IMG/VR virus record: IMGVR_UViG_3300017914_000784
Location: 1 to 36,367 of that record
Source: a virus
Lineage: Duplodnaviria > Caudoviricetes
DNA length: 36,367 nt
Direction: 5' to 3' (one strand)
Shown piece after piece: positions 19,200 through 28,334 of this stretch (position 1 is the first letter of the stretch; every line of letters begins with the position of its first letter). Position numbers and translations under genes: made by a program. The notes beneath the pieces are model-generated. The model saw only the letters and a program-made list of their open reading frames with translations. It searched no databases and was not told the DNA's origin.

Positions 19200-19555
19200 T
19201 CACCTTCCCCAGGATTTTCACTTAACATATCACTTTTATCACCACCAGTATAGCCTTCTTTAGGATTAAAACTATCAGCATCCGGTAATGGATCTTTTGT
19301 TTGTGTAATGTTGGGCCATATTGCCGACATTTCTGTATTAATTTTTAACCATTTATCATGTTCATCTTTTTCCATACTATTATCAGCCACAATAGCACCT
19401 GCTGGACATTCTGGTTCACATACACCACAGTCAATACATTCGTCTGGATTAATTGCTAAAAAGTTTTCACCTTCGTAAAAACAATCTACTGGACACACAG
19501 AAACACAATCTGTATACTTACATTTAACGCATTTATCATTTACTAAATATGTCAT
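19196..19555 (-). CDS. fdxA: 7Fe ferredoxin (FdxA type)
   Basis: [21 protein letters not shown] and [12 protein letters not shown] motifs; WPNIT tail. Confidence 0.93.
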   Translation of the reverse strand: MTYLVNDKCVKCKYTDCVSVCPVDCFYEGENFLAINPDECIDCGVCEPECPAGAIVADNSMEKDEHDKWLKINTEMSAIWPNITQTKDPLPDADSFNPKEGYTGGDKSDMLSENPGEGD

Positions 19556-19884
19556 TTATTCCTTTCCATAAAAGTCTTTACTACATCCGCTAGTTGTACT
19601 GCCGTATCGTCGAACCATTTACTAACATGGTAATTTACTTTATATGGCTTTTCAGTTTTTTCTTCTAGCATATCCATCCATACTATAAAGTCTGGATTTA
19701 ATTTTTTAATTTTTTTATTTGTTTCACAACGTTTATCTATTACAACAATTTTACCATTATCTAAATGTTCTTGTATAGTATAAAGTTGTCCACATTTTAC
19801 ATACTTACCATTTAATTCTTTTGCTAAAGGTTTTGCTAGTGTAGTCTTTCCACTACCTTTAGGTCCACAAATTAAAATCTTCAT
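19552..19884 (-). CDS. Short P-loop kinase-like protein
   Basis: [13 protein letters not shown] Walker A; only 110 aa. Confidence 0.65.
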   Translation of the reverse strand: MKILICGPKGSGKTTLAKPLAKELNGKYVKCGQLYTIQEHLDNGKIVVIDKRCETNKKIKKLNPDFIVWMDMLEEKTEKPYKVNYHVSKWFDDTAVQLADVVKTFMERNK

Positions 19885-20462
19885 TTACTATATTCCTCAC
19901 ACAACAAATTAATATGAACTGCAACCAAATGTGCATATGCAACGGCGTGTGCTTTCTTAAAATAATATTGCCCATCTGCTGGTTTCTTCCAAACTTCTTT
20001 AGCAACTTCTTTCCAAGGTTTGTTTTGCAAGTATGCTTTACCTGGTCTAATAATACTTAATAGCATAGACATTCTCGGTATACTATCAGGCTTCATTTTA
20101 CAAATTAAATCATAATAGTTACCTACATGAATTACTTGTTCACAAAATTCTTTACTTTTCCATAGCAAGTCCCATAAAGGTTCTTGTCTCATAAGTTTTG
20201 TTAAGTGTTCTTCACTTTGTACTTTTTGATACACTGCAACATTAAGTAAGTCTAATTTAAAATATCCTCTTTCTTCTGCTAGTTTATAATCTAACGTACT
20301 TATGCCCGTTTCGGGATTAACAGGAATCTTTGTATAGTAAACTCCTGTATTATGCTTTTTAGTGACCCCATGCTCCGTCATAGACGCCGCTACACCGGGC
20401 AAGATTTCTAAAGCCTTATCTCTATTACCAAAATCTATATCAATGTCAGGTAATTTACTCAT
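19881..20462 (-). CDS. Miniature DNA polymerase III alpha (DnaE)-like protein
   Basis: PDIDIDF, KHNTGVY, GYFKLDLL, SIIRPG and YFKKAHAVAYA; start MSKL at 20462 overlaps the upstream stop (ATGA). Confidence 0.8.
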   Translation of the reverse strand: MSKLPDIDIDFGNRDKALEILPGVAASMTEHGVTKKHNTGVYYTKIPVNPETGISTLDYKLAEERGYFKLDLLNVAVYQKVQSEEHLTKLMRQEPLWDLLWKSKEFCEQVIHVGNYYDLICKMKPDSIPRMSMLLSIIRPGKAYLQNKPWKEVAKEVWKKPADGQYYFKKAHAVAYAHLVAVHINLLCEEYSK

Positions 20463-21187
20463 AGTTTCGAATCTTTCAATGCATCTTTTACGATTGCAGT
20501 TTCTTGATGATATTTTACAAAATGCTGTCTCCAAAAATCAGGATCAATATATGGATAAATTATTGTCAACTGTTCTTGATTTAATTTACCTAAAAATGCA
20601 ACACCTGTTTCACAATTAAATATTACCCACGGACTAACTCTACCATTTACAATATGAGTACAAATCCTGTTTGGATTAGCCGCATAAAAATATGTATGTA
20701 AATGTACCCCATTCTCATCAGCCCATTTTTCCATATTTTGTAAACTTCTTGCAATAGCATCTTGCCAAGATTCTACTCTCAAATGTTGTTCTAAATAGTT
20801 TTGATAATTTTCATCTTTACAAAATTTGTCTAGTTTAATATTATTTGTTAAAACATAGTTAATAAATGCACTAGGATTAATTGCTTTAATATCTATAATA
20901 TGTTTACCAAATTTTACGAATGCATTATAATACTGACTGTTTACGAAGTCACCATATGTTTTCTTTTGTCCACCTTGTGCAGTTTCATAAAAACGTAAAT
21001 ATGCTTGTAGACCCATTTGTACGCCTTTGTCTTTTTCTTGTTGCCATCTGCGTTTTTGTTCACACATATGACTAAACAAAGTTTTTTCTCTACTAAAACC
21101 TCGTTGGCAATATTTACAAACATAAGGCTTATCGCCAGGTTTGTAATTATCTCTTGTTTGTTTTGCTATAGCCATTAGTGCATTCAT
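20459..21187 (-). CDS. Hypothetical protein with N-terminal zinc finger
   Basis: YVCKYCQRGFSREKTLFSHMC. Confidence 0.75.
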   Translation of the reverse strand: MNALMAIAKQTRDNYKPGDKPYVCKYCQRGFSREKTLFSHMCEQKRRWQQEKDKGVQMGLQAYLRFYETAQGGQKKTYGDFVNSQYYNAFVKFGKHIIDIKAINPSAFINYVLTNNIKLDKFCKDENYQNYLEQHLRVESWQDAIARSLQNMEKWADENGVHLHTYFYAANPNRICTHIVNGRVSPWVIFNCETGVAFLGKLNQEQLTIIYPYIDPDFWRQHFVKYHQETAIVKDALKDSKL

Positions 21188-21702
21188 ACCAGTTTTAAAT
21201 TCTTTTCATGATACTGTTTAATACTGCTTTCCCATTCAGGGAATACAGTACGTTTAACAAATACTTCATTATAATTAAACTTTTGTAAATTGTCAATCTT
21301 TTGAGATAGTTTACTGACTTTATCTAAATATTTTTGCATACTCGATTCTTTAGGTTCTACATTTTCACTTTGTTTTAAATTTGCAAGTTTTACCATATAA
21401 GACCATGTTTCAAAATCATCAGGTAATATTGCCCATGCTTTATAAAAATCAAAATCAAAATTATCGATATAATAGTCATTTGGTCGATGACCACAAATTA
21501 CACTCTTTTCATTTATTACATCTTTATCCGCTAGTGTGTCGATTTGAGCAACACTAGGAAAAGGTTGTGCATCAAATATATTAGTAGGTGTATCATTAAT
21601 TGGAATTTTATCCATACTATTCCAAGTATACAAAGATAGTATAAAATTACCACCTGCTCCAGGTGGCCACATTAAAAATAAATCTCCAGTTATAATACTC
21701 AT
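21184..21702 (-). CDS. Hypothetical protein (possible sulfotransferase-like N-terminal loop)
   Basis: WPPGAGGNFI Gly-rich loop; ATGA overlaps on both sides. Confidence 0.6.
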   Translation of the reverse strand: MSIITGDLFLMWPPGAGGNFILSLYTWNSMDKIPINDTPTNIFDAQPFPSVAQIDTLADKDVINEKSVICGHRPNDYYIDNFDFDFYKAWAILPDDFETWSYMVKLANLKQSENVEPKESSMQKYLDKVSKLSQKIDNLQKFNYNEVFVKRTVFPEWESSIKQYHEKNLKLV

Positions 21703-22163
21703 AGCATTTCTTTTATTTCTTTTTTATCATAACCCATATTTTCTAAATGTGTTTTAATATCTGCTTTTGTGTTGATACTTGCCATTAGTTCAAGTTCATC
21801 TTGTTTAGCGAATGGATATAATGTTTTAAGAGTTTTTAGTATCTTGTTATTTACTGCATCTTTCTTTTTGTGTGGAATCCATTCATGATATGCAGTACCC
21901 ATGCCTGGACTAGCAGTTGTTAATAACAACCATTGTAGTTTCGGGTGCTTTGCTAAATCAAAAAAGTTTGTGTTTACTCTTTTGTTTGTTGCTATAAGCC
22001 ACCATTCTTGTAAAGCCGGATTACCTTTTACACTACTTGCATAACGATTCATAAGAAAGGCACTAAAAGCCTTCTTCTCTTCATCAGTTAGCGAATCATA
22101 AAAACCTTTTTGTTTACGATCCATAGCACCAAGTACTCTGTTTAGTGGTAATTTACCTGCCAT
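21699..22163 (-). CDS. Putative clamp loader small subunit (T4 gp62-like)
   Basis: FSAFLMNRYAS...HPKLQWLLL...EWIPHKKK pattern; size and replication context fit gp62. Confidence 0.55.
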   Translation of the reverse strand: MAGKLPLNRVLGAMDRKQKGFYDSLTDEEKKAFSAFLMNRYASSVKGNPALQEWWLIATNKRVNTNFFDLAKHPKLQWLLLTTASPGMGTAYHEWIPHKKKDAVNNKILKTLKTLYPFAKQDELELMASINTKADIKTHLENMGYDKKEIKEML

Positions 22164-22432
22164 TAAAAATACTCCGCGAATGTGATTTGAAATAAGTTTG
22201 CGTCATCTATATGCTCGAATTGTATATGATACCATCTATTATTATCTTTGTCCCAGTCTATCTTTATATTAACACCTTTATCTACCAGTTGTCTATCATT
22301 AAAAAATGCAACCACATTTTCTATTAAAGGACGTTGTGTTTCTAGCCAGTGTTGTTCATCGGCTGAGTTCAATTTGACACTGTATTTGTAATCAGTGTCT
22401 TTAATAATTAGTTTACCATATTTTTGTGACAT
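22163..22432 (-). CDS. Hypothetical protein
   Basis: 89-aa ORF in the operon. Confidence 0.65.
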   Translation of the reverse strand: MSQKYGKLIIKDTDYKYSVKLNSADEQHWLETQRPLIENVVAFFNDRQLVDKGVNIKIDWDKDNNRWYHIQFEHIDDANLFQITFAEYF

Positions 22433-22913
22433 CTACTATTTCCGAAGTTCTACTTATATCCTCTACAAAATATGCACAAGGAGGATTAGGTCCTTCTCGT
22501 AAAGGAACTGCCAATAAGTGTCCAGGTTTTAGTTTAGGAAAATACCATTTAACTTCCTGATACACATCAACAATTTCTACAGGATAAAATTCAGGTCTAA
22601 AATCCCCACGTGGATTAAATGTAAATGCATTAAATCCTCTGTCATTTAAACTTGTAAGTGGAACTACTTCTAAATCTCCAACTTCCGATTCACCTATAAG
22701 CATCTGCCAATCTCTTGGCATTCTAATAGTATGCTCGCCAATTTTTAAAACTAATGCAGGTGCATTAAAACTTTGTAAAAAGATTAATGGAATAAAAAAG
22801 TAATCAGGTTCTTTTGGATTACTATTATCTAAAACTGCAAATCTTAATTCATCAACTTCTTCAGGCAAATCATTCATTACAAAAGTTTTATTTTCTAATG
22901 TAAGAATCTGCAT
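22413..22913 (-). CDS. Hypothetical beta-rich protein
   Basis: 166-aa ORF coupled to the clpP stop (TAATG). Confidence 0.75.
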   Translation of the reverse strand: MQILTLENKTFVMNDLPEEVDELRFAVLDNSNPKEPDYFFIPLIFLQSFNAPALVLKIGEHTIRMPRDWQMLIGESEVGDLEVVPLTSLNDRGFNAFTFNPRGDFRPEFYPVEIVDVYQEVKWYFPKLKPGHLLAVPLREGPNPPCAYFVEDISRTSEIVDVTKIW

Positions 22914-23521
22914 TAATATACCTCTTTTATTTTATCTGCTAAACCATACTTAACTGCTTCTTTGGCACTTAACCAAACATCTTCAGCAGGTAATAGCACT
23001 TCTCTAATTTTCTTTTCAGTTAAACCTGTACACTTCTTATAGTGTTCAATCATACGTTTACTTGAAAGTTCAAATTCTCTAACACGAGCAAATAATTCAT
23101 GCTCTTTACCGCCAGAACCCCAACTATATTGGTGTGATAAAATACTTGTATTAGGTGTAATAATTCTTTTACCTTTTGTACCACTCATAAAAGTAAGTAT
23201 GCCGCAACTTGCAATAAGTCCTAGTCCTACTGTTTTAATTGGAATAGCACTGCCTTTCATAGTGTCAATTAATGCAAATGCACTATGTACATCACCACCT
23301 GGACTATTAATCACAAGTGTAAGTTCTTTCAGTCTTTCGTTTCTAGGTGCTAGATTCTTTTCAATAATCCATTGTATAACCGGCTTTGTAGAGTCCGATG
23401 TAAAAGGATCACTAAAATAATGAATACCTGCGTCCCACATCAACATTCCAGGTTGCTTTGGAGGTTGTGTTGGTGCTGAAGGTCTTTTATTTTTGTCCAT
23501 TGTTTTCTCCATTAATCCCAT
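22913..23521 (-). CDS. clpP: ClpP-family serine protease
   Basis: INSPGGDV; GLIASCG (Ser); ILSHQ (His); EDVWLSAKEAVKYGLAD (Asp). Confidence 0.9.
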   Translation of the reverse strand: MGLMEKTMDKNKRPSAPTQPPKQPGMLMWDAGIHYFSDPFTSDSTKPVIQWIIEKNLAPRNERLKELTLVINSPGGDVHSAFALIDTMKGSAIPIKTVGLGLIASCGILTFMSGTKGKRIITPNTSILSHQYSWGSGGKEHELFARVREFELSSKRMIEHYKKCTGLTEKKIREVLLPAEDVWLSAKEAVKYGLADKIKEVY

Positions 23522-24972
23522 TGTACTTTTTCTATTACAAATGGGTATTGTGCTTCTTTATAAAAGTTCTTTCTTTTTGTTAAATGTCTTTTTGCATATT
23601 TGCAAGTAGACGTTATGTCCCATATTTTTACAAAGTCCTTATCTTGTGCTTTACGAATACCTCTGCCAATACTTTGTATTACTCTTACAAAACTCTTGCC
23701 TGGTTCAATTAACACAAGATTAAATATTCTAGGTATGTTAATACCTACTGCCGCAACACCATATGTTGCTACAATAATTTTATTATCTACGTTAGCAACT
23801 TCATCATAGTGTTCTTTTCTATCAGTGGCTTTTGTCGCTCCACTAATAAACACGGCTTTATCTCCTAGTCTTTTAACTAGTTCTTTTCCTGCTTCAACTC
23901 TATCTACTAAAACAAGTACATTACCTTCTTCACCAATTTTTCCAACTAGTGTAGACAAGTAATCTAATCTTTTTTCGTTTGTTAGCAAATATTTTAATTC
24001 GCTTTGATAGTTTCCATAATCGCCATGGTCAACTAACTGTACGACATTAACTTCACAGTTTGCAAGTACTCCGGCTTCTTGTAATTCACTTGCACTTTTC
24101 TTTCCAACAACTTCTCCCAAACTTACCAAAAGACTCATAAACTCATAATCTTCTTTTGGTATAGTACCTGTTAGTCCCCAACGAATTGGGATAGTTGCCA
24201 TAGGTCCTGTTAACAAAGTTTTTAATGCATCTGCTTTTGCCATATGCACTTCGTCAACAATAACACAATTAACACCTTCTAAGAATTCTCCAATACTTAT
24301 AGGTGCTATTTGATTTTTTGTATTTTTCAATAATATGTTTAAACTTTGCCAAGTACAAATTGTATGTGTATGTCCAAACTCTTTTCTGTCACCATAAAAT
24401 ACACCAACATCTAATCCAAGATTAACATAATCTTCTTCTGTTTGTGTAACTAAACTTTTATTCGGAACAATAACAATACTTCTTCCGTACTGCTCAGTAA
24501 TACTACTTAATGCCGCAGTCACTAAAGTTTTACCTGCACCAGTGGCAATTTCTTGTAAACTTTGTGGATTAGATAAAAAGTTGTTTATAATTTCTACTTG
24601 GTAATCACGTAAGATAATTGGCTGTCCTTCTACAGGATGTCCTTTGGGCCAAGTCTTATGAGCAAATGCTTTTTCATTTACTTCTGTAAATTCAAATTTA
24701 GTATTGTATTCTCTTTGGTCGTCAACATCTATTTCATATTTCATTTCATCTAACACAGGAATAATCTGTGGAAGAAGATTTATATATGTGCTACCGCCCA
24801 ATTGAAAGTAACTAACCTTACCGTCCCATCTACCTAATCTAACTGCTGGAAGATATCTTGCATAAGGAACTTCATACTTAAACATATTAAGTAAACGCCT
24901 TCTAGCGTCAAGTTCTAGTCCTTTTATAGATACGTTAACTTCATCTCTAATTAATAATTTCGCCTTTGGCAC
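23512..24972 (-). CDS. uvsW: SF2 DNA helicase (UvsW-like)
   Basis: LRDYQ; ATGAGKT; VDEVH; GLTGT; QSIGRGIR. Confidence 0.88.
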   Translation of the reverse strand: MPKAKLLIRDEVNVSIKGLELDARRRLLNMFKYEVPYARYLPAVRLGRWDGKVSYFQLGGSTYINLLPQIIPVLDEMKYEIDVDDQREYNTKFEFTEVNEKAFAHKTWPKGHPVEGQPIILRDYQVEIINNFLSNPQSLQEIATGAGKTLVTAALSSITEQYGRSIVIVPNKSLVTQTEEDYVNLGLDVGVFYGDRKEFGHTHTICTWQSLNILLKNTKNQIAPISIGEFLEGVNCVIVDEVHMAKADALKTLLTGPMATIPIRWGLTGTIPKEDYEFMSLLVSLGEVVGKKSASELQEAGVLANCEVNVVQLVDHGDYGNYQSELKYLLTNEKRLDYLSTLVGKIGEEGNVLVLVDRVEAGKELVKRLGDKAVFISGATKATDRKEHYDEVANVDNKIIVATYGVAAVGINIPRIFNLVLIEPGKSFVRVIQSIGRGIRKAQDKDFVKIWDITSTCKYAKRHLTKRKNFYKEAQYPFVIEKVQWD

Positions 24973-26173
24973 TATTGTTTCCTAAATCTTGTCCATATGT
25001 GTAGTAACAAACCCATGCTTCAGAATGAAACTGTACACCAGACTGTCCACCGACAACATTAAAGCCGTACTGTCTGAATTTGCTTATGGTATTTGTACTA
25101 ATAATAAAATCAGGTCTCCAATCATGGTTTACCCTTGGATTTGAATACCTTTGTACACTATCTATTATAGCGAATTTAGTATTAGAAGTCAACGATTTAT
25201 TAGCCTTAAACAAGTGTTTATTGTTCTTCAACTGCACTGTACAGACGTCTTTGCCCATTTTAGACACCAATTTTTGAAGGTTTTGAGCAAGTTCTTCTGT
25301 TATAGTTCTGCCATCTATTACGAATGCAATACGTTTAAAGTTAAATTCGTTTACTGCTGAATTATATATTTGTTCTGGTGTAGTATTTACCCAATCAAAT
25401 TTACCACCCCTACTATGAAGTATTTTGATACCTACATTACTTAATTTTAAGTCAGAGCTCTTGTTAACAATATCAATGTTTTGATTAGCCGCCGTAACAA
25501 TTTGATCCATACGATTCTTATTGTTCATATTTTCATTCCACCATTCTAGTAAACTAGTAGGTGCATTATTCAATGTGCAACTATCATTATTCACAACTAA
25601 TTGTATTGCATAGTTCTCTCTTTTGGAAAGTATATTTTTACACTTCTTTTGAATATCCATAAATGTATCTGCATATTCAAACTTATGTTTTGCTGACCAA
25701 TTAAAAATAGCCATTAAGTTATATTCGTTGTATTCTGTAATATAACGTTTTTTAGGTTTATCAAAAACTGTTTTAAGAGACCTTAACTTCTTTGCTAGAG
25801 CATTAAACTCTCTAATCATTTCTTTATTGTAAGGAAACTTAATTATAATCTTATCATCTTCAATATCAATATGTCTAGTCCTATCTACTTGCCTTAATGG
25901 ACTACTAAAAACTGGATGTTGAGTTATTTCAGTTACATCAATACCCAAACGTTTAAATTGTCTAGTATATTTGGTCACCAATTTAATCGTAAGTTCACGT
26001 TGCCTGTCACTGAGTCCTTCGCCTTTGTTAATACTACGAACTGCATTATTAACAAACCCAACATCATAGTTCGCTAAACTAATAGGCTTACTAATGTGTT
26101 TAGGTGGAATTGGACTAGCGATTATTCCTATCGCTACTTTCAAACAATATTCTAGATCTTCTGGATTGTGCAT
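24947..26173 (-). CDS. Hypothetical protein
   Basis: 408-aa ORF upstream of the helicase. Confidence 0.75.
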   Translation of the reverse strand: MHNPEDLEYCLKVAIGIIASPIPPKHISKPISLANYDVGFVNNAVRSINKGEGLSDRQRELTIKLVTKYTRQFKRLGIDVTEITQHPVFSSPLRQVDRTRHIDIEDDKIIIKFPYNKEMIREFNALAKKLRSLKTVFDKPKKRYITEYNEYNLMAIFNWSAKHKFEYADTFMDIQKKCKNILSKRENYAIQLVVNNDSCTLNNAPTSLLEWWNENMNNKNRMDQIVTAANQNIDIVNKSSDLKLSNVGIKILHSRGGKFDWVNTTPEQIYNSAVNEFNFKRIAFVIDGRTITEELAQNLQKLVSKMGKDVCTVQLKNNKHLFKANKSLTSNTKFAIIDSVQRYSNPRVNHDWRPDFIISTNTISKFRQYGFNVVGGQSGVQFHSEAWVCYYTYGQDLGNNSAKGEIIN

Positions 26174-26190
26174 TTTTCATTTAGGTTAAA

Positions 26191-26214
26191 GCAATGGCCC
26201 CGAAGGGCCATTGT
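26191..26214 (-). terminator. C(UUCG)G hairpin, terminator or mRNA stabiliser
   Basis: acaatggccc-ttcg-gggccattgc followed by ttt, just after the AAA gene stop. Confidence 0.75.
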
Positions 26215-26222
26215 AAATTTTA

Positions 26223-27251
26223 TTAACCTCTCCTCATACAAGTATTTTCTGCTAACATCTTCCAGTTACTTGAATTCAACTTCTTCAAGTCTGCAATCTT
26301 AAGAGCCATTCTCAAACTCATTTCTCTCAAGAACTTTCTTTTTTGGAACATGAACTCTAGGATTTCTTGCTTATCTTCTTCAGTGAAATCTTTGTAATTA
26401 GCAAACAAGTCACCTTTCCTAGCAATCTGCTGAATCCTCAAATACTTGTCTCTTTCAGTATCAAGAGTCAAATCAATGTAGTGACATCTGGACATCAATG
26501 CATCAAGGTGATCTTTCAACTTCTTAGACTTAACATGGTCGAATTTAATGTTAGTGATAAATGCTACACTACCTTTAAAGTCGAAATGGTTAGGAATACC
26601 TTCTGCTCTCAACTTGGCAGAATCGGCGTTCCAATAAATTCTACGTCTAGCACCACTATCAAGTGCCGCCTTTAGAATGTTAAGTGCAAGGTCATCAAGT
26701 AGTACACTATCACAGTCATCAAACACTACAACGTTACCACTATTTGAAAACTCATAAAGTTTTGCATACAACCCTAAGGCTGTCATAGCACCTTTTACAA
26801 ATTCAAACTTCCTGTTACCAGCAAGGTCATCAAAACCACTTTGTTCTTCAAGTGTAGTTTCAACACCATAGGACTTACCAACACCTGGAGGTCCTGTAAC
26901 AATCATTGCTCTAACGTCACCGTTTTTAAGAGCAGTTGTCATTTCGTCGAGAATCTCAAACCTTTGAGCAATCTCGCCAATTCGTTTTTCATCTTTAGCA
27001 TTAAGTTTTGAACTCTCTTTAGGAGTACTTGCTTCAACTTGACTAGCATACTCGCCCCTATCAACAAATGTAACATCTGTTGGAGATTTAATCTTAACAC
27101 GGATTTTTGGATTATCAAAACCTTCGGTACCGTCTACAGTAACAAACATACCTGTTTTGCTATCTTGTACATTTTTAATCAACGGGAAGACTTTGTCTTT
27201 AATTGATTGGTTCCTATAAGAACCTTCTTTAATTAAAACGTAACTATTCAT
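26223..27251 (-). CDS. AAA+ type ATPase
   Basis: GPPGVGKS; VVVFDDCD; ITN sensor; SRC arginine finger. Confidence 0.85.
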   Translation of the reverse strand: MNSYVLIKEGSYRNQSIKDKVFPLIKNVQDSKTGMFVTVDGTEGFDNPKIRVKIKSPTDVTFVDRGEYASQVEASTPKESSKLNAKDEKRIGEIAQRFEILDEMTTALKNGDVRAMIVTGPPGVGKSYGVETTLEEQSGFDDLAGNRKFEFVKGAMTALGLYAKLYEFSNSGNVVVFDDCDSVLLDDLALNILKAALDSGARRRIYWNADSAKLRAEGIPNHFDFKGSVAFITNIKFDHVKSKKLKDHLDALMSRCHYIDLTLDTERDKYLRIQQIARKGDLFANYKDFTEEDKQEILEFMFQKRKFLREMSLRMALKIADLKKLNSSNWKMLAENTCMRRG

Positions 27252-27287
27252 TGTTTCTCCTATTCGTTAGTTTTCGTTTATATTTTT

Positions 27288-27315
27288 ATATTAACATCGA
27301 TTGCTATACTGTCAA
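27288..27315 (-). promoter_or_regulatory. Early sigma70 promoter
   Basis: aaaaaggTTGACA-16 nt-TAATAT with TG extension; AGGAG RBS downstream. Confidence 0.65.
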
Positions 27316-27324
27316 CCTTTTTGT

Positions 27325-27762
27325 TTATGCCGCCACCTTTTGTTTAGTAACTTCATATTTTTTATCCCAACTACCAACACTAATATTGATATAATATGCA
27401 GTATAGAAATAATCTGTCATTGAATCTGACTCATCAAACCACCCTTTTTCTTTATGGTAACCTTCACCACCAATTGGAGCAGTTTTGGCAATTTCATAAA
27501 TGTTGTCAAACAACTCTTTGTGGATTCCATAGAAATCTGTATGGTATTGATTAACTTGAGCAGAACCATCAAACTTTCTCATTGTTTGACTATACTTGTC
27601 AAATGTGTCCATTGAACCGTCATAAAAGTCAATGTCACCAGAAACTAGTGTAATTTGTACACTTGAACTATGGTCTTTTTTAACACTAAATTTAATGTTT
27701 GGATATTGCTTCTTAAGTTCGTTTCTAATTGCTTTAACGTCTTCTTTATTAATATATGCCAT
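27325..27762 (-). CDS. Early hypothetical protein (LPD29-like)
   Basis: AIRNELKKQYPNIKFSVK pattern; strong AAGGAG RBS. Confidence 0.6.
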   Translation of the reverse strand: MAYINKEDVKAIRNELKKQYPNIKFSVKKDHSSSVQITLVSGDIDFYDGSMDTFDKYSQTMRKFDGSAQVNQYHTDFYGIHKELFDNIYEIAKTAPIGGEGYHKEKGWFDESDSMTDYFYTAYYINISVGSWDKKYEVTKQKVAA

Positions 27763-27798
27763 TTTCTATATCTCCTTATTTGTTTAACTTACTATTTT

Positions 27799-27826
27799 AT
27801 AATAGCACCATTACAGGATCTGTCAA
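27799..27826 (-). promoter_or_regulatory. Early sigma70 promoter (repeat copy 1)
   Basis: TTGACAgatcctgtaatggtgcTATTAT. Confidence 0.75.
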
Positions 27827-28143
27827 CCTTTTTTACCATATTTTTGCAATAAAGGAGATAAATTAAGCCTTGATTTTACTGGGTTTTTTGAGGATATTTC
27901 AACTTTGTAATCTTTTTTTGGTCTTTTTAGCACTATTTGATAGCAACCAAAGTTAGGAGCCATGGTTTTTACCTCAGAAATACACGAAATACTATCAGTC
28001 CATTTAGGCAATTCTTCGTATATTTTGCCATATCCTGTTACAACCACAAATTTACGAATACCGTTTAACTTACATATTTCAGTATGATCCTTAAACGTTC
28101 GCCATGCTTCGTGTATTGTTTTTCCGTGTAAGTCTAACTTCAT
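27823..28143 (-). CDS. Stand-alone Smr domain protein
   Basis: KLDLHGKT...A...F...VVVTGYG, matching the Smr LDLHG and ITGxG motifs. Confidence 0.85.
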   Translation of the reverse strand: MKLDLHGKTIHEAWRTFKDHTEICKLNGIRKFVVVTGYGKIYEELPKWTDSISCISEVKTMAPNFGCYQIVLKRPKKDYKVEISSKNPVKSRLNLSPLLQKYGKKG

Positions 28144-28334
28144 TACATCTGTATGGTAAATTCCATGCCCTGATAATTTGCTACATAAAGTCCTTTATCA
28201 TTATACTTTTCAAAGTTTATAGGATACCCTTCCATAACTACTCGGATAGTATCTTTACCTTCTCGTATAATTTCGCCTTCAAAGACTTTATCAGTATCAG
28301 TGCAGATAACAGTAACCTGTTTTACTTCATCCAT
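28143..28334 (-). CDS. Hypothetical protein
   Basis: 63-aa ORF coupled to its neighbours. Confidence 0.65.
   Translation of the reverse strand: MDEVKQVTVICTDTDKVFEGEIIREGKDTIRVVMEGYPINFEKYNDKGLYVANYQGMEFTIQM

Noticed and set aside
20463-20534. Longer N-terminus of the DnaE-like ORF in the track
   Set aside because: It overlaps the upstream gene; the ATGA-coupled Met at 20462 is more plausible.
22413-22913. Possible Hint/intein-like domain
   Set aside because: It is beta-rich but lacks an N-terminal Cys/Ser and a C-terminal HN; a structure search would be needed.
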